A stretch of DNA of 64,000 nt. Source: a virus. The number at the start of each line of letters is the position of its first letter. Within the stretch, counting starts at the first letter, position 1. The notes under the pieces were generated by a model that ran no database searches, was not told the DNA's origin, and saw nothing but the letters and a program-made list of their open reading frames with translations. The position numbers and the translations under genes are program-made. The stretch lies in IMG/VR virus record IMGVR_UViG_3300035670_000018, positions 32,001 to 96,000 of that record; one strand, written 5' to 3'. Positions 1 to 9,325 of this stretch are shown piece by piece.

Positions 1-1
1 A

Positions 2-445
2 GCAAGAGTTCATGCTAATTTAGGATTTGCACAAGCTAATACTGGTAGAATTCATGCTAATAATGCATTTGAAAAAGCAAACGCAGCTTTTACATTAGCA
101 GAAGTTGCTTCAGGAAACAGTTCAAATACAATCATCTCAAATAAAGCAGCTTTTGATACTGCAAATCTTGGTTTCCATCAAGCTAATACAGCAAGAGTTC
201 ATGCAAATGCAAGTTTTGAGCAAGCTAATACAGCAAGAGTTCATGCAAATGCAGCATTTGCGGCCGCTAATAACGTTGCGCCTCAGATAACACCAACATT
301 CATTCAAGCCAACACAGCGAGAGACCATGCAAATGCTGCATTTGCAGCCGCTAATACTGTTGCACCTCAAATAGCACCAGTTTTTTCTCAAGCTAATACA
401 GCTAGAATTCATGCTAACAATGCTTTTGAGAGAGCAAATGCAGCC
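2..445 (+). repeat. Coding tandem repeats (QANTARxHANAAF)
   Basis: Repeated caagctaatacagcaagagttcatgcaaatgc-like units at about 178, 220, 304 and 388. Confidence 0.85.
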
Positions 446-1558
446 CTGCCAAACACATCTGGTGTATCATTTGCAGGTAATCTACAAATTCCAACAGGCA
501 ATCTTACCCTTGGCGCAGGAACAAATCAAGGTATAAGACTTCATGTAAATCATCTCAATACTGTTGCAAACGTTGATCCTCAGATAAGAATTCTAAACGG
601 TTCACAGTTTGTAAACTTCAATGCAAATACCAGCGCTGGTGCATGGAATGATTTGATGTTGAATAGAGACGCATCAATCATCTATAGTAGAGGTACATCA
701 GATGATGACGCAAATCTTGTAATAGGTCCATGGACAGATAGTTCGTTTGGTTATAAGCAAGATGGCGAAGGTCGTCATGGCTTCAATACACTCAATCCTA
801 GATTTACGATTGATGCTAACGGCTCAGCAAACATCGCTGGCTCTTTACTTGTTGGAAATCAAAATGTTATTCCAACACTGACTGCAAGCTTTATTCATGC
901 TAACACTGCACATGTTTCAGCAAATGCTGGACTTACACAAGCTAACACAGCGAGAGACCATGCTAATGCTGCTTTCAATAAAGCTAACTCTACTACATTT
1001 ACTTCTAATGTAGTTATTAGCGTATCAGACAATGCAAATGCTGCTCTGAGAATTACGCAACTAGGCACAGGCGAAGTTTTAAGAGTAGAAGATGATTCTA
1101 ATCCGGATGCTACACCATTTGTAATTGATGCAACTGGTAATGTGCTGATTGGTCGTTCTACATCAACTGTAGGAAATGATGTTAAACTTGATGTTGCAGG
1201 TGGCATAAATGTTGCTGCAATTCTAATCAATGGTTCATATTCTCAGAGCATTATAACTCTGAATGGAGGTGGTAGTGCAGGCAACACAATAGATTGCAGC
1301 ATAGGCAATTATTTCCGTAAAAACGTTGCAAATGCAAACACATTCTTCTTTTCTAATGTTGTATCATCAAGAGCATATGCGTTTACATTTGAATTAAATT
1401 TGAGTGGTTCAGCCGTTATCACGTGGCCAGCAAGTGTAAGATGGCCTGGCGATGTTGCTCCAACTTTATCAATTGATAAAACTCACATATTGACATTCTT
1501 GACGGACGATAGCGGCTCAACATGGCGCGGTTCATCAATCTTGAACTATACAACATAA
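2..1558 (+). CDS. Tail fibre/appendage protein with A-N-x-A heptad repeats (5'-truncated by window edge)
   Basis: The frame of the ORF called 653..1558 is open back to position 2 (ARVHANLGFAQANTGRIHANNAF...). It has repeated QANTARxHANAAF units and a C-terminal ITWPASVRWPGDVAPTLS domain typical of phage tail proteins. Confidence 0.75.
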   Translation, partial: ARVHANLGFAQANTGRIHANNAFEKANAAFTLAEVASGNSSNTIISNKAAFDTANLGFHQANTARVHANASFEQANTARVHANAAFAAANNVAPQITPTFIQANTARDHANAAFAAANTVAPQIAPVFSQANTARIHANNAFERANAALPNTSGVSFAGNLQIPTGNLTLGAGTNQGIRLHVNHLNTVANVDPQIRILNGSQFVNFNANTSAGAWNDLMLNRDASIIYSRGTSDDDANLVIGPWTDSSFGYKQDGEGRHGFNTLNPRFTIDANGSANIAGSLLVGNQNVIPTLTASFIHANTAHVSANAGLTQANTARDHANAAFNKANSTTFTSNVVISVSDNANAALRITQLGTGEVLRVEDDSNPDATPFVIDATGNVLIGRSTSTVGNDVKLDVAGGINVAAILINGSYSQSIITLNGGGSAGNTIDCSIGNYFRKNVANANTFFFSNVVSSRAYAFTFELNLSGSAVITWPASVRWPGDVAPTLSIDKTHILTFLTDDSGSTWRGSSILNYTT

Positions 1559-1573
1559 CTTGGAAATTTTGAT

Positions 1574-3448
1574 ATGGAACCTACAGCACAAAGACTTATG
1601 TTTACATCGTCTGGAATTTCAGGCTGGGAAGTTATAAACTATTTACAAACAAACGCCGTGGCTGATGGTACAAACATTGATTTTCCTGTTGGTTATCAAG
1701 CAGGAGATTCAGTCTTTGCTGTATTTCTTTCTAGAGCGTCTAACGCATCTTCAACACCCTCTACTCCAACTTTACCTTCTGGATATAGAAACGTCCAAAA
1801 TACAAGTTTTGGCGGTAGTGAAGGTAGTGATAGAGGAAGACTGACTGTTTACATGTTAAATGAGATAACAACAGAAACATCATTTCCATACACAGGAGAC
1901 AACGGAACAGCAAATCATATTGTTTTGATTATTTTAAGAAAACCAGCAGATTTTGATTTAACTAAGATGGTTGTTTCTAACATAGACTATGCAAAATCGG
2001 TTGATATTGATGACCCTGACGAAGGAGATAATACGCCTACTTTACCATCAATAACTACCGATTTAGATGAAAATTTTATATTTGCAATAGGACTAACTAC
2101 CGATACCGGTGGTGCAGTATTATCAACACCCACCAACTACACCAGTTTGGTAAGAGTAAGTTCCGGTATAGCTTATAACATTACATACAGAAACGGTGTT
2201 GGAATAGGCACTGTTAATCCAGCTGATATGACAGCTTCTATATCAAGAACAAGTGCCGATGCTTCTATAGGTTCAACAATTGCTCTTCGTTCAAGACTTT
2301 ATGAATACAAAACAAATTTTACTAACTTTACAACTCAATCAGTAGATATTGGTGGAATTGTCCAAGAAAGCACACAACAAACATTTAATGCAGAAACACT
2401 AGATGATACTTCTTCTTCTTTTGCAATATCCATATCTGGCGGTAACAGTGCAGAGTATCAAATTAATGGTGGTTCATGGACTAGTTCTTCAGGAACAATA
2501 ACAAAAGGCGATACAGTTAACGTTCGTCAAACTTCTGTTACAGGTACTTCAGGCACAACTACAGCATCAACATGCACTCTAACAATCAACGGATTGGACT
2601 ACACATACACACTAAATACGCGAAGAGAACTTGTCGTCAGTGGTAGTGCAACGATTACACTTCCACTTCCTAACGGTGTAAATTCAATCTATGTTGTCGG
2701 TACCGGTGCTGGTGGTTCTGGCGGAGGCGCTAGTTCAAGTATTCGTGGTGGAGGTGGTGGTGGCGGCGGAGCAATGTCTATTATTCCATCACTCTCTGTA
2801 TCAAATGGACAAAGCTTAGTCATAACCGCAGGCCAGAGAACCACTAGTGCAAATGGTAAAGGTGGCAATAGTTCCATAACTATTTCAAGCACGACAGTAT
2901 GGAGAGCAGTAGGTGGTTGGGGTGGTCAGACAGCAAATTCTACACATGCTGGTGTTGGTGGACTAGGCGGAACAGCAGAAGGAAGTATAGGCACTATAAA
3001 GTTTTCGGGTGGCAATGGTGGTGATGGCGTAGTCTCTTCAAATACCGGCGCTGTTATCGGTGGAGGTGGTGGCGGCGCTGGAGGTTATAGTGCAAATGGT
3101 GGCGCTGGCGCTTCAGGCAATACATTACCTTCTAATGATGCGACTGGAGGAGTAGCAAACGTTACACCTAGTGCAGCAGCTACAGGTGGCGCAGGATCCG
3201 GAGGAGCATCTGCTTGTGGAGGTGGAGGTACTGGTATTTCCGGTGAAGGAACTTCAGGTGCGGCTGCAACAAGAGGTGGTAATGAAGGTTCACCTGACGC
3301 ATATGCATCCTCAGGTACTGCCTTTGTTGGTAATGGGTCATCATACAGAGACGCTGGTGACGGTGGTTTTTCTGGCGGTGGTGGTGGTGGATCTCCTGAT
3401 AGAGCTATAGGTAACGGTGAAGACGGTAGAATACGTATAACTTGGTAA
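1574..3448 (+). CDS. Glycine-rich tail-associated structural protein
   Basis: 624 aa; Ser/Thr-rich beta regions and a C-terminal Gly-rich domain (VVGTGAGGSGG...GEDGRIRITW). Confidence 0.7.
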   Translation: MEPTAQRLMFTSSGISGWEVINYLQTNAVADGTNIDFPVGYQAGDSVFAVFLSRASNASSTPSTPTLPSGYRNVQNTSFGGSEGSDRGRLTVYMLNEITTETSFPYTGDNGTANHIVLIILRKPADFDLTKMVVSNIDYAKSVDIDDPDEGDNTPTLPSITTDLDENFIFAIGLTTDTGGAVLSTPTNYTSLVRVSSGIAYNITYRNGVGIGTVNPADMTASISRTSADASIGSTIALRSRLYEYKTNFTNFTTQSVDIGGIVQESTQQTFNAETLDDTSSSFAISISGGNSAEYQINGGSWTSSSGTITKGDTVNVRQTSVTGTSGTTTASTCTLTINGLDYTYTLNTRRELVVSGSATITLPLPNGVNSIYVVGTGAGGSGGGASSSIRGGGGGGGGAMSIIPSLSVSNGQSLVITAGQRTTSANGKGGNSSITISSTTVWRAVGGWGGQTANSTHAGVGGLGGTAEGSIGTIKFSGGNGGDGVVSSNTGAVIGGGGGGAGGYSANGGAGASGNTLPSNDATGGVANVTPSAAATGGAGSGGASACGGGGTGISGEGTSGAAATRGGNEGSPDAYASSGTAFVGNGSSYRDAGDGGFSGGGGGGSPDRAIGNGEDGRIRITW

Positions 3449-3457
3449 GGTAGAAAC

Positions 3458-3925
3458 ATGAAATACGCAAAAATAGTAAACAAAAAGATAACAAAATATC
3501 CATATCTTAGTCTTCAGACTGATTATCCAAACGTCAGTTTTCCTTCTCCTTTATCGGAAAGTATTCTTGCTGAGTATGGTGTTTACATTGTTCATGAAAC
3601 AGAAATGCCTGAAAAAAAGTGGAATGAAACTGTAGTAGAAGATATGCCTGTCTATGAAGGTGGTAAATGGATTCAGAAATGGAAAATACTTCCTATAGAT
3701 AAGGAAGAAAGACAAAAGAGACTTGATAACGAACTAAAAAACATCAAGAGCATTAGAAACAAGTTGCTGGCCGATTGTGATTGGACACAGTTACCTGACG
3801 CTGACCTTTCAGGAAAGAAAAAAGCTGAGTGGTCTGAATACAGAAAACAGCTTAGAGACCTTCCTAACAAATCAAGTGTTATTAAAAATCCATTCTCAGT
3901 CAAGTGGCCTAAGGTTCCAGAGTAA
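3458..3925 (+). CDS. Phage tail fibre assembly chaperone
   Basis: C-terminal RNKLLADCDWTQLPDA...W..YRKQLRDLP...WP signature of tail assembly chaperones. Confidence 0.8.
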   Translation: MKYAKIVNKKITKYPYLSLQTDYPNVSFPSPLSESILAEYGVYIVHETEMPEKKWNETVVEDMPVYEGGKWIQKWKILPIDKEERQKRLDNELKNIKSIRNKLLADCDWTQLPDADLSGKKKAEWSEYRKQLRDLPNKSSVIKNPFSVKWPKVPE

Positions 3926-3929
3926 ATCT

Positions 3930-3937
3930 TATAAATA
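3930..3937 (+). promoter_or_regulatory. T4-type late promoter TATAAATA
   Basis: Exact gp55 consensus in the intergenic gap before ORF 3956. Confidence 0.8.
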
Positions 3938-3955
3938 CAAGAAAAAGGAATAAAA

Positions 3956-4294
3956 ATGGCAGCGTATACCGAACTGATAATGGATCAAGGATCAACGTTC
4001 AATAACATCATCAATCTGACCGATGATGTTACAAACGCAACATTGAACATCATCGGTTATGAAGTTCGCAGCCAAATGCGCCGCTCGTACTATTCAGCAA
4101 ATGCGACGGCAAACATCACTTGCACAATTACAGACTATGCAAATGGTGAAATAACCATGTCAATGACAGCAGCCAATACAGCAGCTATAAAAGCGGGTAG
4201 GTATCTGTTTGATTTGGAAACTGTTGACAGATTAAACACGACAGTAAGGGTTCTTGAAGGAATTATTACCGTAACACCTCAGATAACAAGGTAA
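3956..4294 (+). CDS. Conserved T4-like virion protein (BppU N-terminal-like Ig fold)
   Basis: DQGSTF...GRYLFDLE...RVLEGIITVTPQITR pattern; follows a late promoter. Confidence 0.65.
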   Translation: MAAYTELIMDQGSTFNNIINLTDDVTNATLNIIGYEVRSQMRRSYYSANATANITCTITDYANGEITMSMTAANTAAIKAGRYLFDLETVDRLNTTVRVLEGIITVTPQITR

Positions 4295-4301
4295 AGAAAC
4301 A

Positions 4302-4535
4302 ATGGGAACAAAGGTAATAGTAAACTCAGTATCTCCAAACAGAGTTTCTATAAACAATCAACAGAGAACAACTATTAGAACAGTAGGCATATCAACTTCA
4401 TCTGTCAGAAGAATTGGTGATCTAGTAGACGTTGATGTTTCTGATGCAGACAACAATGAAACTCTGGTATACGATAGCACAATAAATAAATATGTAGTAA
4501 AAACTTTACCGGGGATAGACGGAGGAACGTTCTAA
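4302..4535 (+). CDS. Small structural/adaptor protein ending in DGGTF
   Basis: 77 aa; LVDVD...TLVYDS...DGGTF motif common in tail-associated proteins. Confidence 0.6.
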   Translation: MGTKVIVNSVSPNRVSINNQQRTTIRTVGISTSSVRRIGDLVDVDVSDADNNETLVYDSTINKYVVKTLPGIDGGTF

Positions 4536-4536
4536 A

Positions 4537-6045
4537 ATGTCTAATACTTTAATTCAAATCAAGAGAAGTATAGTTACTGCTACTCCTCCAAACGGCTCTC
4601 TTTCTTCTGGTGAACAAGCATATTCATATTCATCAAACACTCTATTTATAGGTACACCAGATGGAACTGGTGTTATCGCTGTTGGTGGTAAATACTATCT
4701 TGATACAATCACTTCTGCTTTTGCTGCTGCCAATGCTGCATTTTTAGCTGCTAACTCTGGTGCAACAGTAAGTGCTGCCTTTGCAACAGCTAATGCAGCT
4801 TTTGCTGCTGCTAACGGCGCTTTTGCTTCAGCTAATGCGGGACAATCAACAGCTAATGCGTCATTCAATCAAGCAAATACTGCAAGAATTCATGCTAACG
4901 CTGCTTTTTCTTCAGCTAATGCAGGTCAAGCAACAGCTAATGCTGCTTTTGCTGCTGCTAATGGAGCATTTGCTTCAGCTAATGCGGGTCAAGCAACTGC
5001 AAATGCGTCATATGCTTTCGCTAACTCTGCTCACACAACAGCTAACTTAGCATTTACTCATGCTAACGCTGCGTATGCTAAAGCAAATGCTGCTCTTCCT
5101 TTAGCTGGTGGAACAATTACTGGTGACTTGTCTGTTACAGGAAATATTGTTATTTCAGGTACGACAACCTATGCTAATACACAGACGCTTCTCATTGGTG
5201 ATAATATTTTTGTTGTTAATGCAGATTTGCCTAATAATGTTGCTCCATCTGAAGATGCAGGTTTTGTTGTCAATCGTGGCAATTCTGCAAATTCCGGTCT
5301 TATCTGGCTTGAAAATGTTGATAAGTGGGCACTTACAGATGGTACAGGCTATAAATATCTGGCCACAAATACAGATATTGAAGTTCTAACAGCGTTAAAT
5401 ATAGCATCGTTTGCTCACGCCGCCGCAGCCATGGCTACTGCTAATGGAGCATTTGCTTCAGCTAATGCGGGACAATCAACAGCCAATGCATCATTTAATC
5501 AAGCAAATACTGCAAGAACTCACGCTAATGCTGCTTTTGCTTCAGCTAATGCGTCATATGCTTTTGCTAACTCTGCTCACACAACAGCTAACTTAGCATT
5601 TACTCATGCTAACGCTGCTTTTGCTTCAGCTAATGCGGGTCAAGCAACTGCAAATGCGTCATATGCTTTCGCTAACTCTGCTCACAGAACAGCAAATCTT
5701 GCATTTACTCACGCTAACAATGCATATGCTCTGGCCAACTCTGCAACAGCACAAGCAGCTAATGCTGATTTTCTAACAAGCGGCACTGTCAATACCAATC
5801 GTATCTCTGGTTCATATACAGGTATTACTGGTGTAGGAACACTAACTGCTGGCACATGGAATGCTAATACAATTAAAGTTCCATATGGTGGCACTGGAAT
5901 GGTTTCATTCACAACAAACGGTATTCTATATGGTAACAGCACAGGGGATTTGAAGGCAACATCTGCTGGCACAGAAGGTCAAGTGCTACAAGCATCCGAT
6001 ACTGGTATTCCTCAGTTCGGTATGTTAGATGGAGGGGTTTTCTGA
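4537..6045 (+). CDS. Tail fibre protein, Mtd_N-like N-terminus with A-N-x-A heptad repeats
   Basis: N-terminal IQIKRS...GEQAYS...LFIG (major tropism determinant N-terminal-like), long ANAAFAAAN repeats, C-terminal DGGVF. Confidence 0.75.
   Translation: MSNTLIQIKRSIVTATPPNGSLSSGEQAYSYSSNTLFIGTPDGTGVIAVGGKYYLDTITSAFAAANAAFLAANSGATVSAAFATANAAFAAANGAFASANAGQSTANASFNQANTARIHANAAFSSANAGQATANAAFAAANGAFASANAGQATANASYAFANSAHTTANLAFTHANAAYAKANAALPLAGGTITGDLSVTGNIVISGTTTYANTQTLLIGDNIFVVNADLPNNVAPSEDAGFVVNRGNSANSGLIWLENVDKWALTDGTGYKYLATNTDIEVLTALNIASFAHAAAAMATANGAFASANAGQSTANASFNQANTARTHANAAFASANASYAFANSAHTTANLAFTHANAAFASANAGQATANASYAFANSAHRTANLAFTHANNAYALANSATAQAANADFLTSGTVNTNRISGSYTGITGVGTLTAGTWNANTIKVPYGGTGMVSFTTNGILYGNSTGDLKATSAGTEGQVLQASDTGIPQFGMLDGGVF
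4717..5760 (+). repeat. Two blocks of near-identical coding direct repeats within the tail fibre gene
   Basis: For example gcttcagctaatgcgggtcaagcaactgcaaatgcgtcatatgctttcgctaactctgctcac at about 4972 and 5623. Confidence 0.85.
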
Positions 6046-6067
6046 TAATTGAAAGGATACTATTGTT

Positions 6068-6511
6068 ATGGATCAGAACAAGTTTATTAACACCTATATT
6101 GATATTGTCGTAGCTAATCTCGTAGAACAAATAAAGACTAATCTGCAACTACAGACACAAGTGAAAGTTCATGAGTTTGTAGTTGCAGATAAGGAACAAA
6201 TCATTGCATCTCTATCTCAACAATTGAACGAGAACAGAATAGCAGAAGACTGGAAAGTTAAGTATGAATCTGCTGAATCAAACTACAATGCAATACTCGG
6301 TAAACTCAAGCACATGGACACACTGTTAGCCCAAGTTAATGATATGAAGAATATCATCATTGAAAAAGACAGTCAGATTGCGGTCTTGAAGAGTGAAATA
6401 GAAGAATTGAAATTTCCTAAGAAAGTCATAAATACTAAAGTAAAGAAGAAAGAAGAATCTTTATTAGTTGTACAAGATAAACCAACAAAGAATCCTTTAG
6501 ATGACTTTTAA
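6068..6511 (+). CDS. Hypothetical coiled-coil protein
   Basis: 147 aa with a heptad-rich helical sequence and an upstream RBS (aagga). Confidence 0.65.
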   Translation: MDQNKFINTYIDIVVANLVEQIKTNLQLQTQVKVHEFVVADKEQIIASLSQQLNENRIAEDWKVKYESAESNYNAILGKLKHMDTLLAQVNDMKNIIIEKDSQIAVLKSEIEELKFPKKVINTKVKKKEESLLVVQDKPTKNPLDDF

Positions 6512-7344
6512 TGGCCAACACAGTAATTGCACTTAAAAAATCAGCTACACCATCGGCAGCACCAGCTGACCTAGCAAACGGCGAGTTGGCTATCAACTAT
6601 GCTGATGGTAAACTATATTACAAACATGCAAACGGTACGATTGCTGTTTTTTCTTCTGGTGGTGCAGGTGGAGATAGTTTTGGTACAGTTAATGCTGCTG
6701 GTACATTAATTGTTGCTGACACTGCTGGTGACATTCTTACACTTGAAGCAGGATCAGGTATCAGTATCACTGGTGATGCTATTAATGATAAGATTACAAT
6801 TGCCGCTACAGGTGGTTCAGGTTCTGTAACAACATCTGATACAGCACCAGGATCACCAAGTGACGGTGATTTATGGTGGGACTCATCTACAGGCAAACTT
6901 TATATATATTATGATGATGGTTCATCTTCACAGTGGGTTGAAGTTTCATCTCCTTCTTATTCAGCTACGACTCAATCTGCATCCAACACTACAATAGGTT
7001 ATGTCATTTCAGGCGGTGGTTCAACGATTACAACAGGAACCATTGGTCTTGGTCTTCGCGTATCTTATAGCTGTACTATAAAGTCTGTTACTCTTTTAGC
7101 CGATCAAACAGGATCAATCGTTATTGATATATGGAAAGATACGTATGCTAACTATCCTCCAACAAATGCTAATTCTATAACAGGATCTTCTCCTCCTACC
7201 ATAACAAGTTCTAATAAGTCTGAAGATACAACTTTATCTGGTTGGACAACTCAAATCAATGAGGGTGATATTTTGTTCTTCAATGTTGATAGTGTTACCG
7301 ATCTTCAGGAAGTATCGTTATTCTTAAAGGTAACAAAAACATGA
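6511..7344 (+). CDS. Tail-associated protein (Mtd_N-like N-terminus, GDLWWDS module)
   Basis: IALKKS...GELAINYADGKLYYK and SDTAPGSPSDGDLWWDSSTGKLYIYY modules. Confidence 0.7.
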   Translation: MANTVIALKKSATPSAAPADLANGELAINYADGKLYYKHANGTIAVFSSGGAGGDSFGTVNAAGTLIVADTAGDILTLEAGSGISITGDAINDKITIAATGGSGSVTTSDTAPGSPSDGDLWWDSSTGKLYIYYDDGSSSQWVEVSSPSYSATTQSASNTTIGYVISGGGSTITTGTIGLGLRVSYSCTIKSVTLLADQTGSIVIDIWKDTYANYPPTNANSITGSSPPTITSSNKSEDTTLSGWTTQINEGDILFFNVDSVTDLQEVSLFLKVTKT

Positions 7345-8291
7345 GTATTAATGTTCAAGTTTTTACAACAGGTTCTGGTAACTGGACAAAACCAGCTTGG
7401 GCTAATCTTGTCACTGTCATTACAGTCGGAGGTGGCGGAGGTGGCGGTGGTGGTGATGTTGTACCTTTTGGTGTAAATGCTACAGGTGGAGCAGGTGGCG
7501 GAGGTGCAGCAAGAAATGAAAGGATTTATCTTGCTTCTGATCTTGGTGCTACAGAACCATATACTGTAGGTGCTGGAGGAAATGGAGGAATAGCAGGAAT
7601 AGCAAATACTGGAGGCGGCACTGGTGGGCAAGGTGGCAATTCTACATTTGGTGGTAACGTATTAGTCAATATTCAAACAGGTTATGGTGGCGGTGGCGGT
7701 GGCGGTGGTTTTGGAGGAGCCACAATCACTTCTGCTGGTGGAGGTGGTGGAGGACTAGGTGGACCTGGTGGTAATGGAACAACAACCGTTGCCGGTACAG
7801 AGGGTTTTAATGGTGGCGCGGCTGGCGGTAGACCTACTCCTTCATCACAGAACAGTTTGGGAGGTGGTGGAGGCAGTGGATCAAGTACGTCAGTCGGTAG
7901 TCCATCCTCAGGCGCGAATGCTCTTAGTGGAGCAGGAGGTGGTGGATCAGGCTCTGATAAATCAACTACTACAGTACCTAGCGATGAGGGTGGAGGCGGT
8001 GGTTCAGAACTGGGTTTTGCAAGAGACACTAGAACTAGTAGTACCGTTCCTAGAAGCTTAAAAATTCCTGGTAGTAATGTTGACGGTTTAAACGGATTCA
8101 ACTCATTAATCTTGGGTTTTTGTGGAGGTGGTGGAGGTGGCGGTGCTGCGTCAAATACAACACCCGCAGGAAATGGTGGTAACGGTGGATTTCCTGGTGG
8201 AGGAGCGGGCGGTGGTGGTTCTACTTCAACAGGAACAGCAGGAAATGGTGGTAACGGTGGAGGCGGCATTGTTGTCGTAATCAGTGAATGA
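7341..8291 (+). CDS. Glycine-rich domain virion protein
   Basis: QVFTTGSGNWTKP...VITVGGGGGG...GGGGIVVVIS architecture. Confidence 0.7.
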   Translation: MSINVQVFTTGSGNWTKPAWANLVTVITVGGGGGGGGGDVVPFGVNATGGAGGGGAARNERIYLASDLGATEPYTVGAGGNGGIAGIANTGGGTGGQGGNSTFGGNVLVNIQTGYGGGGGGGGFGGATITSAGGGGGGLGGPGGNGTTTVAGTEGFNGGAAGGRPTPSSQNSLGGGGGSGSSTSVGSPSSGANALSGAGGGGSGSDKSTTTVPSDEGGGGGSELGFARDTRTSSTVPRSLKIPGSNVDGLNGFNSLILGFCGGGGGGGAASNTTPAGNGGNGGFPGGGAGGGGSTSTGTAGNGGNGGGGIVVVISE

Positions 8292-9292
8292 CAGAGAGTT
8301 CATCAGTAATAGTTACAAAACTAACAAGCGGTAATGGCACATTTTCAAAAAATCCCAATACACAAAAAGTAAGACTTGTGCTTATAGGTGCTGGAGGAAG
8401 CGGAGGCGGCGGCGGCAAAAGCGTTACTAATTCTGGCGCCGGTGGTGGTGGCGGTGGTGGCGGTGGTTTATTGGACATAACTCTTGAAGCATCACAGTTG
8501 AGTAATACAGAAAGTTATTCTGTGGCAGATTTTTCAATAGGTGGTTTAGGAGCAACAACAAATACCACTTCTGGTGTTGCTGGTGTTGCTGGTGGTAATA
8601 CAACCTTTACAATATCTGGTGGAACAATAACACTTACTGCATATGGCGGCGGAGGGGGTGGTGGAGGTGGTACAGCCTCAGCCGCTGGAGGTCGTGCTGG
8701 AGGTGGTGCAGGAACTTCAGAATTGGGTGGAACAGCAAATGCTACTTTGGCAGGCACAGGAGGTATTGCTGATGGCACAAATGGAGGAACGGTTGGAACA
8801 ACAGGCGTACACTGCAATACTTTTTTTGGTGCTGCTTCAGGAGGCGGTGGTGGTACAGGAACTGGTTCAGGTTCCAGAGGTGGCGATTCTGTTTTTGGTG
8901 CAAGCGGAGGCGGAGGCGGGGGTGGTCTTAACAATGGTGGAGATGGTGGAGCATGTCGTGACTTTCCGAGAGCATCAGGAGGAACAGCAAATGGAACAAG
9001 TATAACTATTCATGGTTCTAATGGAACATCAAGTTTTTCTGCTGCGCCAGGTTCAGGAGGAGGCGGAGGAGCTTTTTCTAATGGCTTTAACTCTTTAACG
9101 AAATCTGGTAATGGTGGACATGGTGGTATTCCAGGTGGAGGTGGTGGTGGAGGTGGCCGAGGACAAAATACAGCATTAACTGATGGTGGTGATGGCGGAA
9201 ACGGAGGACGTGGTGAAATTTGGGTTATTGAATATACCTCATTATCAGTAGGAAGTTCAGCCGGTACATTTGGATACGGAACAATCTTCTAG
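8288..9292 (+). CDS. Glycine-rich domain virion protein
   Basis: Paralogous architecture: VRLVLIGAGGSGG...GGRGEIWVIEY. Confidence 0.7.
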   Translation: MTESSSVIVTKLTSGNGTFSKNPNTQKVRLVLIGAGGSGGGGGKSVTNSGAGGGGGGGGGLLDITLEASQLSNTESYSVADFSIGGLGATTNTTSGVAGVAGGNTTFTISGGTITLTAYGGGGGGGGGTASAAGGRAGGGAGTSELGGTANATLAGTGGIADGTNGGTVGTTGVHCNTFFGAASGGGGGTGTGSGSRGGDSVFGASGGGGGGGLNNGGDGGACRDFPRASGGTANGTSITIHGSNGTSSFSAAPGSGGGGGAFSNGFNSLTKSGNGGHGGIPGGGGGGGGRGQNTALTDGGDGGNGGRGEIWVIEYTSLSVGSSAGTFGYGTIF

Positions 9293-9325
9293 TAATCATA
9301 AATAACATAAAACAGTAAAGTAAAA

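Noticed and set aside
2-6045. Short repeated DNA units resembling a CRISPR array
   Set aside because: The repeats are in frame, degenerate at third positions and lack unique spacers; no cas genes are visible.
4537-7344. Diversity-generating retroelement suggested by Mtd_N-like domains
   Set aside because: No reverse transcriptase, and no template/variable repeat pair with adenine-specific differences seen in the window.
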